Source of the DNA: a virus
Taxonomy: Duplodnaviria > Caudoviricetes
IMG/VR virus record: IMGVR_UViG_3300027759_000006
Location: 1,165 to 65,164 of that record
DNA length: 64,000 nt
Direction: 5' to 3' (one strand)
Shown piece by piece: positions 38,040-46,593 of this stretch. Both the position numbers and the translations under genes were made by a program. Position 1 is the stretch's first letter; the number at the start of each line of letters is the position of its first letter. The notes under the pieces were generated by a model. It had not been told where the DNA came from. It did no database searches and saw only the letters and a program-made list of their open reading frames with translations.

Positions 38040-39215
38040 TCAATCTCCCAATGAAATGTTTACGCCATAGGGCGCTTGCTCGTTAGTGGTGATGGCCCAC
38101 AGCGTAGGCCAATCCGACCGACCCCAGCTACCGACATACCCATCGGTGAACTGAATGACAGCTTGCGGGTTCATGCGCTTCTCACGCAGGTAGTCGAACA
38201 ACACCGCGCCATCGGTGCCCCCACCCCCCTTGATCTTGAGGTCTTGCACAGCAAACTGACCACCCTCGAATGTCTGGTGCCCGGCAATGCTCGTGTCCCA
38301 ATAGATCACATGGGTCTTAGCTGGCTTGACTTGCTCGATGATGGCCGCGATCTCAGACACAAACATGGTCATTTCCTCACCGCCAAAGACAGACCCGGAT
38401 GTGTCAAACCCGACCACCAACTCGTTGAGCGTCACGCCAATCATGGATGGCATGTAGATATCGTCAGCCAGGAACCTGCGGTTGGGTCTGCGCCATGAGG
38501 ACTCGTCACGCCCTGCACAAGTCTCTTGGACAAACTCACGCAACACCTTGCGCCAGTCAACCTTGGGTGCCAGCAAGTCACCGAACACACCATCCCTATC
38601 GCCAACGCCCTTGCCAGCCAGCTTGCGCCGCAACATCTCACCCTGACGCACAGCCCTTGCGATCTCCTCGGCTTGCTTGACTTGCTGTTCCTGGGTTTGC
38701 TCAGTAGCGTCACCCCACATATGGTCATCGATACCATCGCCACCCTCGCCGCCTTGACCCTGACCGCCGGACTTCTGTTGCTGTTGCTTGAGGTCATCAA
38801 AGATTTGCTTGACCGACCAGCCCCGATACTTCTCATTGGGCATCACACCCATCGAGAGCATCTTCACGAACCCCTCGCCAGCATCGGTATCGACCAGGGA
38901 CAGGTTGACAAACTGGTCAGCGGCTTGGTTAGCCAGCATGTGGTTTTCGTCGTGGAGTGTTTGCCACAAGTGGAGGTGCCGATACGCCTTGTGTGTAGCT
39001 TCGTGCAGTACAAGGAACCGCAACTCGGGGTCACTCGGGCACAACGACTGCACAAAGTCGGGGTTGTAGTACACGTTCCAACCATCGGTTGCGGCGGTGG
39101 GCAGGTCTTTGCGTACCTCTACCTTGCCACAAGCCAACACGCCAGAGTAGGCGCAGAACTTTTTGTGTTGCATGATGGCGATGTGCGCCTTCTTGATTCG
39201 ATCTGATACTTCCAT
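38040..39215 (-). CDS. metallopeptidase-vWA domain protein (DUF2201-like)
   Basis: TAATDG, LHEATH zinc motif, MIDAS DTSGS, GGGGTD, FTDGY. Confidence 0.9.
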   Translation of the reverse strand: MEVSDRIKKAHIAIMQHKKFCAYSGVLACGKVEVRKDLPTAATDGWNVYYNPDFVQSLCPSDPELRFLVLHEATHKAYRHLHLWQTLHDENHMLANQAADQFVNLSLVDTDAGEGFVKMLSMGVMPNEKYRGWSVKQIFDDLKQQQQKSGGQGQGGEGGDGIDDHMWGDATEQTQEQQVKQAEEIARAVRQGEMLRRKLAGKGVGDRDGVFGDLLAPKVDWRKVLREFVQETCAGRDESSWRRPNRRFLADDIYMPSMIGVTLNELVVGFDTSGSVFGGEEMTMFVSEIAAIIEQVKPAKTHVIYWDTSIAGHQTFEGGQFAVQDLKIKGGGGTDGAVLFDYLREKRMNPQAVIQFTDGYVGSWGRSDWPTLWAITTNEQAPYGVNISLGD

Positions 39216-39216
39216 G

Positions 39217-39810
39217 TCATTCTCCGTTGTAGTTAGTGATGTAGATACGCTCGGTCGAGTCAAGCATTGCCGCGAGTGCATTGGCTTGCTCGATCTGTGC
39301 AGGGGTGCGGGTTGCCGTCACCAAGTCAACCGCTTGCATGGCAAAGTCATCTTGCCAAAACGTAAATTGGCTGTTGAACGCCGAGATTGTTTTTGTGGCG
39401 TCCCACTTCTCAAGATACCTTAATTGGTTAGCGAGGTACCCATACCGACTGTCTTCAGTTGGGTTGTTGATTTTGTACACCGCCAAGTCAGCCCGCAAAA
39501 GGGCAACCAGTTCAGTGGCAACCTCGATGGACACGTTGTAGTTGTGAAGAGTGACTGTCCCTCCGTACCACGTCGAACTGCCGCCGGGGCTCAAGCGGCG
39601 AGAGGTTATGAACGGCGGGTACTTGGCTGTATCCCGCACAAGCTTCGCCAACTGCAATGTCCTGCTACTCCAACTACCTTGGTACACCCCACCACGCAAC
39701 ATACGCTGTGCACCCAGCTTGGTGCGCCTAGATATGGTTGAGGGGCTAATGTACACATCGGCAGATACGCCGGGGGTCTTCAATAATCTTGCTGTGTCGT
39801 ACATACTCAT
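39217..39810 (-). CDS. hypothetical protein
   Basis: GGAG RBS; between the AAA and vWA genes. Confidence 0.65.
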   Translation of the reverse strand: MSMYDTARLLKTPGVSADVYISPSTISRRTKLGAQRMLRGGVYQGSWSSRTLQLAKLVRDTAKYPPFITSRRLSPGGSSTWYGGTVTLHNYNVSIEVATELVALLRADLAVYKINNPTEDSRYGYLANQLRYLEKWDATKTISAFNSQFTFWQDDFAMQAVDLVTATRTPAQIEQANALAAMLDSTERIYITNYNGE

Positions 39811-39891
39811 GTCAGTTTCTCCAAAGTAAAACATCTAACGCCACCACGATGATGGCAACCAAGAAAACAATACGCAACAGAGGGGCGTCCA

Positions 39892-40083
39892 TCAAAACCT
39901 CCGTCTAATATTAGATGCGCCATACCGCTCGTTGAGCAGTCCTACCTGCAACATCTCAGCATAGCGAGAATCCAAGTTGTTCTGCGGTGGGGGTGTGTAC
40001 GCCTTGCCTATGCGGCTTGGGTTCCAGTCTTTGTGTAAGCGCACAACTGTGCGCCCATCTGAGGTTCGTTCAGTGATTAACAT
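39892..40083 (-). CDS. small hypothetical protein
   Basis: AAGGAG RBS; IGKAYTPPP. Confidence 0.6.
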   Translation of the reverse strand: MLITERTSDGRTVVRLHKDWNPSRIGKAYTPPPQNNLDSRYAEMLQVGLLNERYGASNIRRRF

Positions 40084-40092
40084 CGTGACTCC

Positions 40093-41172
40093 TTAGAAGT
40101 ACTTGCCGAGTTTTGCGGCGGCTTCGGTGAACTTGCGATTGCGACACGCCATACCTACCTTGGACTTGTTGGACGCCAAGGTGGAGATGAACAACGCATT
40201 GGCCTCGAATGACTTCCAACGCGCCGTGTAGGTCATCACCGCGTCCATGCTGTCCGCATTGACACGCCCAGCCAACATGAAGGACAGGATGAACAACGCA
40301 CCCACGCTGTCGGTGTCTGGCACCTTGGTCTTGTGTGGGTCACGCACAATGTTCTCGAACAGTGGCAACTGGTCAGCCAAATGCACCAGGGCATCAAGCA
40401 AACGCGCCGCAGGTTCGCCGATCGTACCGGCCAGTGCTGGCAGGGTAGCGTCACCCAACACGTTGCGTTGTTTGACAATGTTGCTGGCCTTTGCCATCGA
40501 ACGCAACGAACAGAACGCTCGGGTGTTGCCATTCAATGGGTTGAAGATGTAGGGGTTCTTCTCGTTCTTGCCCAGCGTTGTGTAGCACTGGAACACCTCG
40601 GGGTTCTGCTTGGCGAACGCCATGATCTCAGGGGCAATGTCGTTGTCTGCCGCCCAGATTAGCCAGTCATCGCACATAACATCTACCTCCACCTCAGTCA
40701 TGCGGTTGTAGGCATGGCCTGGGATGTTGTCACCCACGCCGTCAGTGTCGAGGTTGGTGGTTGCAAACACGATAGACCCGGTGGGCAGGGGCACATCGCC
40801 GATGCGATGCTCCAAGATGGTAGGCAACAACATATTGAGCACAGGGCGGGACGCCTTGCCCAACTCGTCTAACATTAGACAGACAGGGCGCGTCTGACCA
40901 CGGCCAATACCGAACCTCGCATTGGGTGCGTAGTTGGTAATCATCGCTTCCTTGTCGATCACAGGCATACCCAGGTCGCCGAGGTCGAGGTTGGCCACGT
41001 CGATGTAGCACATCTGGTAGTCCGGCAGGTCTTTGGCCAGCATCGAGAGGATGCTTGACTTGCCGATACCGGGCCGACCCCGCAGGATGATAGTGTTGCT
41101 TGAGCCAACATGGCGAATGAGATTCGCGGCTTGGTTGAGGGACAAACGCATGGTTGATTTAGTGACTGACAT
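40093..41172 (-). CDS. MoxR/dynein-related AAA+ ATPase
   Basis: Walker A GRPGIGKS, Walker B LMLDE, ATTN sensor, NR finger, SLRS. Confidence 0.92.
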   Translation of the reverse strand: MSVTKSTMRLSLNQAANLIRHVGSSNTIILRGRPGIGKSSILSMLAKDLPDYQMCYIDVANLDLGDLGMPVIDKEAMITNYAPNARFGIGRGQTRPVCLMLDELGKASRPVLNMLLPTILEHRIGDVPLPTGSIVFATTNLDTDGVGDNIPGHAYNRMTEVEVDVMCDDWLIWAADNDIAPEIMAFAKQNPEVFQCYTTLGKNEKNPYIFNPLNGNTRAFCSLRSMAKASNIVKQRNVLGDATLPALAGTIGEPAARLLDALVHLADQLPLFENIVRDPHKTKVPDTDSVGALFILSFMLAGRVNADSMDAVMTYTARWKSFEANALFISTLASNKSKVGMACRNRKFTEAAAKLGKYF

Positions 41173-41244
41173 GATTTAAATTTCCTTGATTGATTGATTT
41201 ACTTGTGCATCAACCCTTTGCAGGGTTCTAATATTAGATGCGGG

Positions 41245-41991
41245 TTACAGGGGGATGCTTGTTATGTCTGTGATTGATGTTGCCATGAACTCCTTTCGTA
41301 GATCTGACATGAGCCGGGCCCATGTTTGTTTGACTGGTAATCTCTCCGACTCCTTAGGCCAATGAGTGCGTAGGAATGCGTAGCGGGACACGATCTCAGG
41401 CCAATCGTTGGCATGGCACTCTTGCGTGATGGCCTTGACGATCGTGCTTGGGTTCCATATACCTCGGTTGTTGTGGTCTTCAACATTAGCGGCAAGCACA
41501 GGGAACACCGCCTTGAACCCTGACTCCACTATGTCCTCACGAAACCCCTCGATCTCGTGCTTGTCTATGTGCCGCGCATCGAATGCGTGCAGGTCGCTGA
41601 GGATGTTGCCCTCGCCATCCAACTCGATCTCGTCAAAGTATTTATACAGCGTTCGGTTGACACGCAAGGCGGTCTGGTTAAGACTCTTGACACTCCACGA
41701 ACCAATGCCGATGTGAAACGGCACGAACCCAAACGCCTCGTTGAGTCTCGCCTTCGTAGTGGGTCGGTCGTACCAGCCCCGTGTGTCGATCACAATGCGC
41801 CCATCCTCATAGGCAGTCAGTATGTCGGTGGAGTACATGCGTACCACCATTGCGTTGTCGTTGCGCCGTAGCACCCTGACATGGTTGCGTTGCCGCTTGC
41901 GCCCATCCAAAGGCGCGGCGTTCTTGTACATCCCGCGCTTGTACTTGTGGCGTTCAAGGTGCAGGGCTAGGTTTGTGTGTGTTGTTTTCAT
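41245..41991 (-). CDS. hypothetical early protein
   Basis: GAGGA RBS, ATGA coupling; GW....TTKARLN motif. Confidence 0.7.
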   Translation of the reverse strand: MKTTHTNLALHLERHKYKRGMYKNAAPLDGRKRQRNHVRVLRRNDNAMVVRMYSTDILTAYEDGRIVIDTRGWYDRPTTKARLNEAFGFVPFHIGIGSWSVKSLNQTALRVNRTLYKYFDEIELDGEGNILSDLHAFDARHIDKHEIEGFREDIVESGFKAVFPVLAANVEDHNNRGIWNPSTIVKAITQECHANDWPEIVSRYAFLRTHWPKESERLPVKQTWARLMSDLRKEFMATSITDITSIPL

Positions 41992-42200
41992 GTTGTCCTC
42001 TTTGGGTTGAGTTGTTTCAAAATGGTGGGGTCGGTGATAAGCACGTAGTTTGATTTGTTCAAGGGTGCGATGGTGTGTCGCACTGCCCTTGCTTCGGTCT
42101 CGCCACACCCAGCACAGGTGGGGCGCTTGAGGTATCGGCGGGCGGGCTCGACACGCACGGCATAGCACGCCATGCAGATCGGCAGGTGGTAGTCTTCCAT
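41988..42200 (-). CDS. DksA/TraR-like C4 zinc-finger protein
   Basis: CMAC-x16-CAGC with internal R; AAGGAG RBS. Confidence 0.65.
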   Translation of the reverse strand: MEDYHLPICMACYAVRVEPARRYLKRPTCAGCGETEARAVRHTIAPLNKSNYVLITDPTILKQLNPKRTT

Positions 42201-42214
42201 GGTTAGTCTCCTTC

Positions 42215-42544
42215 CTACCAATCTTTACAGTTACAAAGTTTCTCAACGCCTGTTTTGTATGCGTGGCAACTCATCATATGCACGGGCTTGATGCCGTGGT
42301 ACAGGTAGTCGTCAATCGCACTAGCGCAGTCGGTCAGCTTCTGCGTCACGCTTGTGTATAGCTTCGCCGCCATTGCCAACTGCTCGGGCGTGGATTGCGG
42401 GTTCTCCATCAGCTTGAGCAGGGTTTCTTCCATGTGCACCACATTCATGCGGATGCCATTCCACTGACGCATGAGGATGTTGATCTTTGGGTCGCGCATG
42501 CCAAATCTCCATGCGGTCGGTTGTGTTTCACTGGTTTTCATCAT
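42215..42544 (-). CDS. hypothetical protein
   Basis: ATGA coupling. Confidence 0.55.
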   Translation of the reverse strand: MMKTSETQPTAWRFGMRDPKINILMRQWNGIRMNVVHMEETLLKLMENPQSTPEQLAMAAKLYTSVTQKLTDCASAIDDYLYHGIKPVHMMSCHAYKTGVEKLCNCKDW

Positions 42545-42723
42545 TCGCCCCTTGTGTAATCTTCGAGGGCCAGGGCATGCCCGGCAGTCTCGGTGTCGTG
42601 GTTGGCCAGCGCCACGGCGCGTAGTTCGTCTGCGGATTCGGTGTCGTACACCTGATACCCCCAGTACTCCAGGTACATCACCAGTTCCCAGCGGTCAGCG
42701 TTTTGCAATTGGTTACGTGTCAT
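42541..42723 (-). CDS. small acidic hypothetical protein
   Basis: AAAGGA RBS; first ORF after the long leader. Confidence 0.6.
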   Translation of the reverse strand: MTRNQLQNADRWELVMYLEYWGYQVYDTESADELRAVALANHDTETAGHALALEDYTRGE

Positions 42724-43245
42724 GTTTGATTTCCTTTGAATAGAAGGTTTGGTGAACAACTCACCCGATAGGCCACGATTACATGGCCTACCAGTTGGTC
42801 TGTCCAGACAGCCGTGAGGCGTCTATATCCAACGGGGGCAGATCGTGCCCCTGGGTACGATAGGGTTTGTCGGTGCGATTTACTGGCATCTAATATTAGA
42901 TTGCCATCCCGCATCCCGAGGGTTCATTGGGGTTGGCCAAGAGGAACACGCCCATTTAGGTACATAGCGTATTGATTGCATCCTGCTATCGGGTTCGGTG
43001 CTTGGGTATGCGTTAACACCCCATTGATTGCACACTACTACTTACACCACATGATGCGCCGACTGGCTACGGCACGCCTTTTCACCTAGGGAGGGGTCAT
43101 CCAGATATGTGTCTCTTGGTTCGCTTGCTAGCGTTCGTTTGCAATCTGGTTCTGCCTATAGGTTTCTCGTATACATTACTTCCGAGCGGCGGTTTGATGC
43201 GTCTAATATTAGATGGTTAGATCTACGTATAGACTGGCCTGTATT

Positions 43246-43309
43246 GATTTTTAATGAACGTGGGGCGCATAAGGGGAAGGCTACCCGTAACTCAGAGCGA
43301 TATCCGAGT
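43246..43309 (-). promoter_or_regulatory. hairpin plus boxA-like antitermination element
   Basis: Hairpin ACTCGGA/TCTGAGT, then ACGTTCATTAAAAATC resembling rrn boxA TGCTCTTTAACAAT. Confidence 0.5.
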
Positions 43310-43319
43310 CGATGGGTCT

Positions 43320-43348
43320 ATTGTACCAGATATATAGATCTTTGTCAA
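43320..43348 (-). promoter_or_regulatory. strong sigma70-type early promoter
   Basis: TTGACA-17 nt-TACAAT with extended TGn. Confidence 0.85.
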
Positions 43349-43384
43349 TAGTCTGGGGGGCCTGTTCCGGCCCTGCACAGGTGT

Positions 43385-43891
43385 CTATTTCTCCTTCTTC
43401 ACAGCATTCTCTCGGCGTGCTTCCTCTGCAAAATACAGCTTCTCAGCCATGATCGCCGTGATGTTGAATCGCTTGGCGGTGGCGTGCAGGTCGGCATTTT
43501 CGTAGATGTCTTGGTACACATCGGCGGCGAGGTGTGGGTTGGTTGCAGTGATGACGCTGAGTTCGTCTGAGGTGTCCGCGCCCCAGTCTTTGAGGATTTC
43601 TTTTTCGCGGTCGGTCAGGGGTTTGGCTTGCGGGGCTTGGGCCTTGGTTTTGGGCAGAGTGATAGTATTGCCGCGCATGATCTGGTTGATGCGGTCGATG
43701 GATATGCGGTACTCGTTGGCCAGGGCACGTCGGGTTTCCCCTGAGTTCACGCGCAAGATGATGTCGGCATCGCGTGTGGCATTGGGGCCTGTGGGGGATT
43801 CGGGGACAAGCATGAGGGCGCGGATTGCGGCTTGAACGCGGGGGGATATGGCAAGCAGGGCTAGGAATTCATCTTCAAATGCTGGGGACAT
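43385..43891 (-). CDS. DNA-binding protein with two HTH-like segments
   Basis: RDADII....SGETRRALANEYRISIDRINQI and LHATAKRFNIT; GGAG RBS. Confidence 0.65.
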   Translation of the reverse strand: MSPAFEDEFLALLAISPRVQAAIRALMLVPESPTGPNATRDADIILRVNSGETRRALANEYRISIDRINQIMRGNTITLPKTKAQAPQAKPLTDREKEILKDWGADTSDELSVITATNPHLAADVYQDIYENADLHATAKRFNITAIMAEKLYFAEEARRENAVKKEK

Positions 43892-43939
43892 TGGGGGCTC
43901 CGGGTGGTTGGTGTAGTAAGGCTTGTAATTGTAGCATGG

Positions 43940-44475
43940 GCATCTAATATTAGACGGGGGATTACCATTACTACAACTACTACTGAGGGTGATTGGGGTT
44001 TACCAGTAGAAATGGTGTACGTGAAAAGTTCGCTTGTAACGAAAAGGGGGGGCTTGTAACGCTCGTGTAACTTTTTGAAGTGGCGCGGAAAGTGGCGTGG
44101 GTGCTGGGTTCACCTTGACGTGTAACGTTGTAGCGTGGTTTTTGGAGAATTCACGGGAAAACACCCTCAGTGTAGTAGTAGTAATGGTAATGACGCTACA
44201 ACTCCTACTACTACACTTGTGGAATATTTCCCAGCCACTCAGTTAAACAGCGTTACAGCGTTACACGTCTCTATATATATATATATATATATTTATTTAT
44301 TATTAGTATTAGGGGGGATTTCATCTAATATTAGATGCTTTTCGAGAACCTTATGCTTACAGTTGTAATGTAACGTAAACTGCATATTTTGCGTAACATT
44401 TGCGTTACAGCGTTACACGCTTTTTGCCGCTCGGTGATAGTGTTTGCCACGCCAGCGGCGTCTAATATTAGATCC
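43940..44475. other. putative replication origin / terminal control region
   Basis: Non-coding; many TGTAAC/GTTACA hexamers, (TA)10 tract at 44272-44292, long inverted repeat, three palindrome copies. Confidence 0.55.
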
Positions 44476-44589
44476 CATGCTGGGCCCGGCGGCGAGGTCT
44501 CTCCCGCACACGCATTCTCCCACGCGGTCCGACTACTATCACGCAAAGCGTGCGCATGATACGCACGCAGGTGGAGAAAAATGAGGGCG

Positions 44590-44613
44590 AAAAAAAGCCC
44601 GCCGAAGCGGGCT
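44590..44613 (-). terminator. intrinsic terminator
   Basis: AGCCCGC-TTCG-GCGGGCT followed by a T run on the minus strand. Confidence 0.9.
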
Positions 44614-44629
44614 GGAGGGGCGAGAAAAT

Positions 44630-45160
44630 TTACTCTGCGATTTCTTTGAACCCATCGAGGGATTCAATCGCAAGGTCAACCATTGACGCACTGAATTCAG
44701 ACAAGCCAAGTATGCGGGCCTGCGCGATGGCTTTGGATATTGTTTTGTCCAATTCTTCACGCGTGGTTGATTGAACCTTACCTGCTTTGGCCGTTGCAGG
44801 GGTGGATTTTTTGGAGAATGGCAATTTTTTGGTGTCATCATTTTTCAATGATGGGGTGAATTCAACCCCATAATGCAAGGCACGCATGGCAGACTGAGCG
44901 TATTCAGTAAAGGTTTTGCGCTCCATTTGACCCGTGGCGCATGCGTCAACCACTACCTGAGAATCCCGGATGGCTTTGCCCATGGCCTTTACGGCCTTTT
45001 CATCTTTGCCGACCTGAACCAACCAAGTATCAACAAAGCGTTGCATGGTTGTGCAAACCACAGAGGACAACTTGTCCTGAGCATTGTCGAAAGATTTCCA
45101 ACCCCGAATGATGGATTTTGCATGGGTATCGAAAGAGGGGAGAGTGATGACGTTTGTCAT
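44630..45160 (-). CDS. hypothetical immediate-early protein
   Basis: AAGGA RBS; own promoter and terminator. Confidence 0.75.
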   Translation of the reverse strand: MTNVITLPSFDTHAKSIIRGWKSFDNAQDKLSSVVCTTMQRFVDTWLVQVGKDEKAVKAMGKAIRDSQVVVDACATGQMERKTFTEYAQSAMRALHYGVEFTPSLKNDDTKKLPFSKKSTPATAKAGKVQSTTREELDKTISKAIAQARILGLSEFSASMVDLAIESLDGFKEIAE

Positions 45161-45224
45161 TTTGATTTCCTTGAGTTGCGTTGATGAAATGCCGGGTTAG
45201 AGTGATTTCCAAACCGACAAATGA

Positions 45225-45253
45225 ACTGTAACGCAAAGCGCCCGACTTGTCAA
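45225..45253 (-). promoter_or_regulatory. sigma70-type promoter
   Basis: TTGACA-17 nt-TACAGT. Confidence 0.75.
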
Positions 45254-45434
45254 GTGTTTGTTTAGATGTTTGTCTAATGTTAGACCTTCAAAAATCCGGC
45301 CCTGTTGACCCCACCCGGCCCCGACCCCCACTTATGGCTTTGGGACTCCGCCCGCGCCGCTTACGCTGAGTGTTGCATTCGCTACTATTAACAGGCATAA
45401 TCCCCACCATACCGTAGTCATTAGTGGGGGTCCC

Positions 45435-45968
45435 ATGGAGAACAAACGATTTGGCCGCTTGGTAGTACAACAGCTACGCAGCAAAGATAAAAATTACAAT
45501 AAACGCTGGGTCTGCCTTTGCGACTGCGGAAACACAACCGTTGTCTTGGGTGATAAGTTACGTAGTGGAAATACACAATCTTGTGGCTGCTACCGCGTAG
45601 AGTTTCGGGAAACTCTTGTCCGCACTGCTGACGAAGAACGCCGGATGTATACCAAAAAATCATATCAAGCCATGATGGGCCGGTGCTACAACGAAACCTA
45701 CCCGTCGTATATACGGTACGGGGGGCGAGGAGTGAGTGTTTGCAATCGGTGGCGGTATGGGGAAGATGGCAAAACAGGCTGGCTGTGCTTTTTTGAGGAT
45801 ATGGGACCCAAACCTACCGGCCACTCTATTGACCGCATAGACAACGAGAAGAACTACACCCCAGACAATTGCAGGTGGGCCACAATCCAACAACAGGCGC
45901 AAAACCGCAGACCTTGGGGATCGCTACGTACCCCCCTTCTCCCAAAAACACCCCCACCCCAAAAATAA
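45435..45968 (+). CDS. HNH homing-type endonuclease
   Basis: KRFGRLVV, W.C.CDCG, SCGC, YGGRG, SIDRIDN..NY.P.NCRWAT..QQ..N. Confidence 0.9.
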   Translation: MENKRFGRLVVQQLRSKDKNYNKRWVCLCDCGNTTVVLGDKLRSGNTQSCGCYRVEFRETLVRTADEERRMYTKKSYQAMMGRCYNETYPSYIRYGGRGVSVCNRWRYGEDGKTGWLCFFEDMGPKPTGHSIDRIDNEKNYTPDNCRWATIQQQAQNRRPWGSLRTPLLPKTPPPQK

Positions 45969-46041
45969 AACACACCTGTGAAAAATTACACTATACTTAC
46001 CATTGAAGACTCATTGCAACACAACGGCTGCGTAACACGCC

Positions 46042-46593
46042 ATGTACACACCGGTCATCGATTACGACGTACCACTTGCAGACTATGCACCCACCTTCCA
46101 AGACTTGAGGGACCGGGTAGCTTCCGCCGTTGCGGCGCTGGAAGATTTGGACTACCTGCCGGAGCCAACAGAAGAAGATCGCCGGGTGAGCCGGGCAATT
46201 TTCGCTGGGGAGCAAGGAGCCACGGACACAGACCTGTCCAGCCCCGGGGTAATCGTGCATGTGGCTGCATTACTCAATGAATATGACCGCACCGTGGTCA
46301 AAAGTGCTGCACAACTGCGGACCTACGTCACAAACAAGCTGATTTTGGAGTCCGACAACCAAGACCCACGCATCAGGATCAAGTCACTGGAGTTACTGGG
46401 CAAGATTTCAGACGTTGGGTTGTTCACAGACAAGACAGAAATCACCATGCGGCACCGTCCCACCGAGGAATTGGAGCAAATGCTGCGCGAAAGGCTCACC
46501 CGGGTCATCGAAGGCGACGTTTTCGAGGTGTCCAACCCCGACAAACTGGCCGAACGGCCCAAAATGGACGTTTCTGAGGTGCTTGGCGAGTGA
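46042..46593 (+). CDS. terminase small subunit (putative)
   Basis: RIKSLELLGKISDVGLF motif; coupled to the large subunit. Confidence 0.75.
   Translation: MYTPVIDYDVPLADYAPTFQDLRDRVASAVAALEDLDYLPEPTEEDRRVSRAIFAGEQGATDTDLSSPGVIVHVAALLNEYDRTVVKSAAQLRTYVTNKLILESDNQDPRIRIKSLELLGKISDVGLFTDKTEITMRHRPTEELEQMLRERLTRVIEGDVFEVSNPDKLAERPKMDVSEVLGE

Larger units (their letters stand above)
34239..45284. promoter_or_regulatory. dispersed palindromic site TCTAATATTAGA (9 perfect plus 2 single-mismatch copies)
   Basis: Perfect at 34239, 36049, 39904, 41227, 42889, 43202, 43943, 44324, 44461; one mismatch at 40868, 45273. Confidence 0.85.

Noticed and set aside
42720-43351. Track ORFs 42720-42914 and 43109-43351
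   Set aside because: No RBS, or wrong strand for the local transcription unit; region looks like a structured leader
44135-44368. ORF with IYIYIYIY hydrophobic run
   Set aside because: Artefact of translating the (TA)n tract in the non-coding control region
43940-44475. Palindromes as a protelomerase (telRL) site of a linear plasmid prophage
   Set aside because: Palindromes are short and multiple; no protelomerase or ParA/ParB gene found
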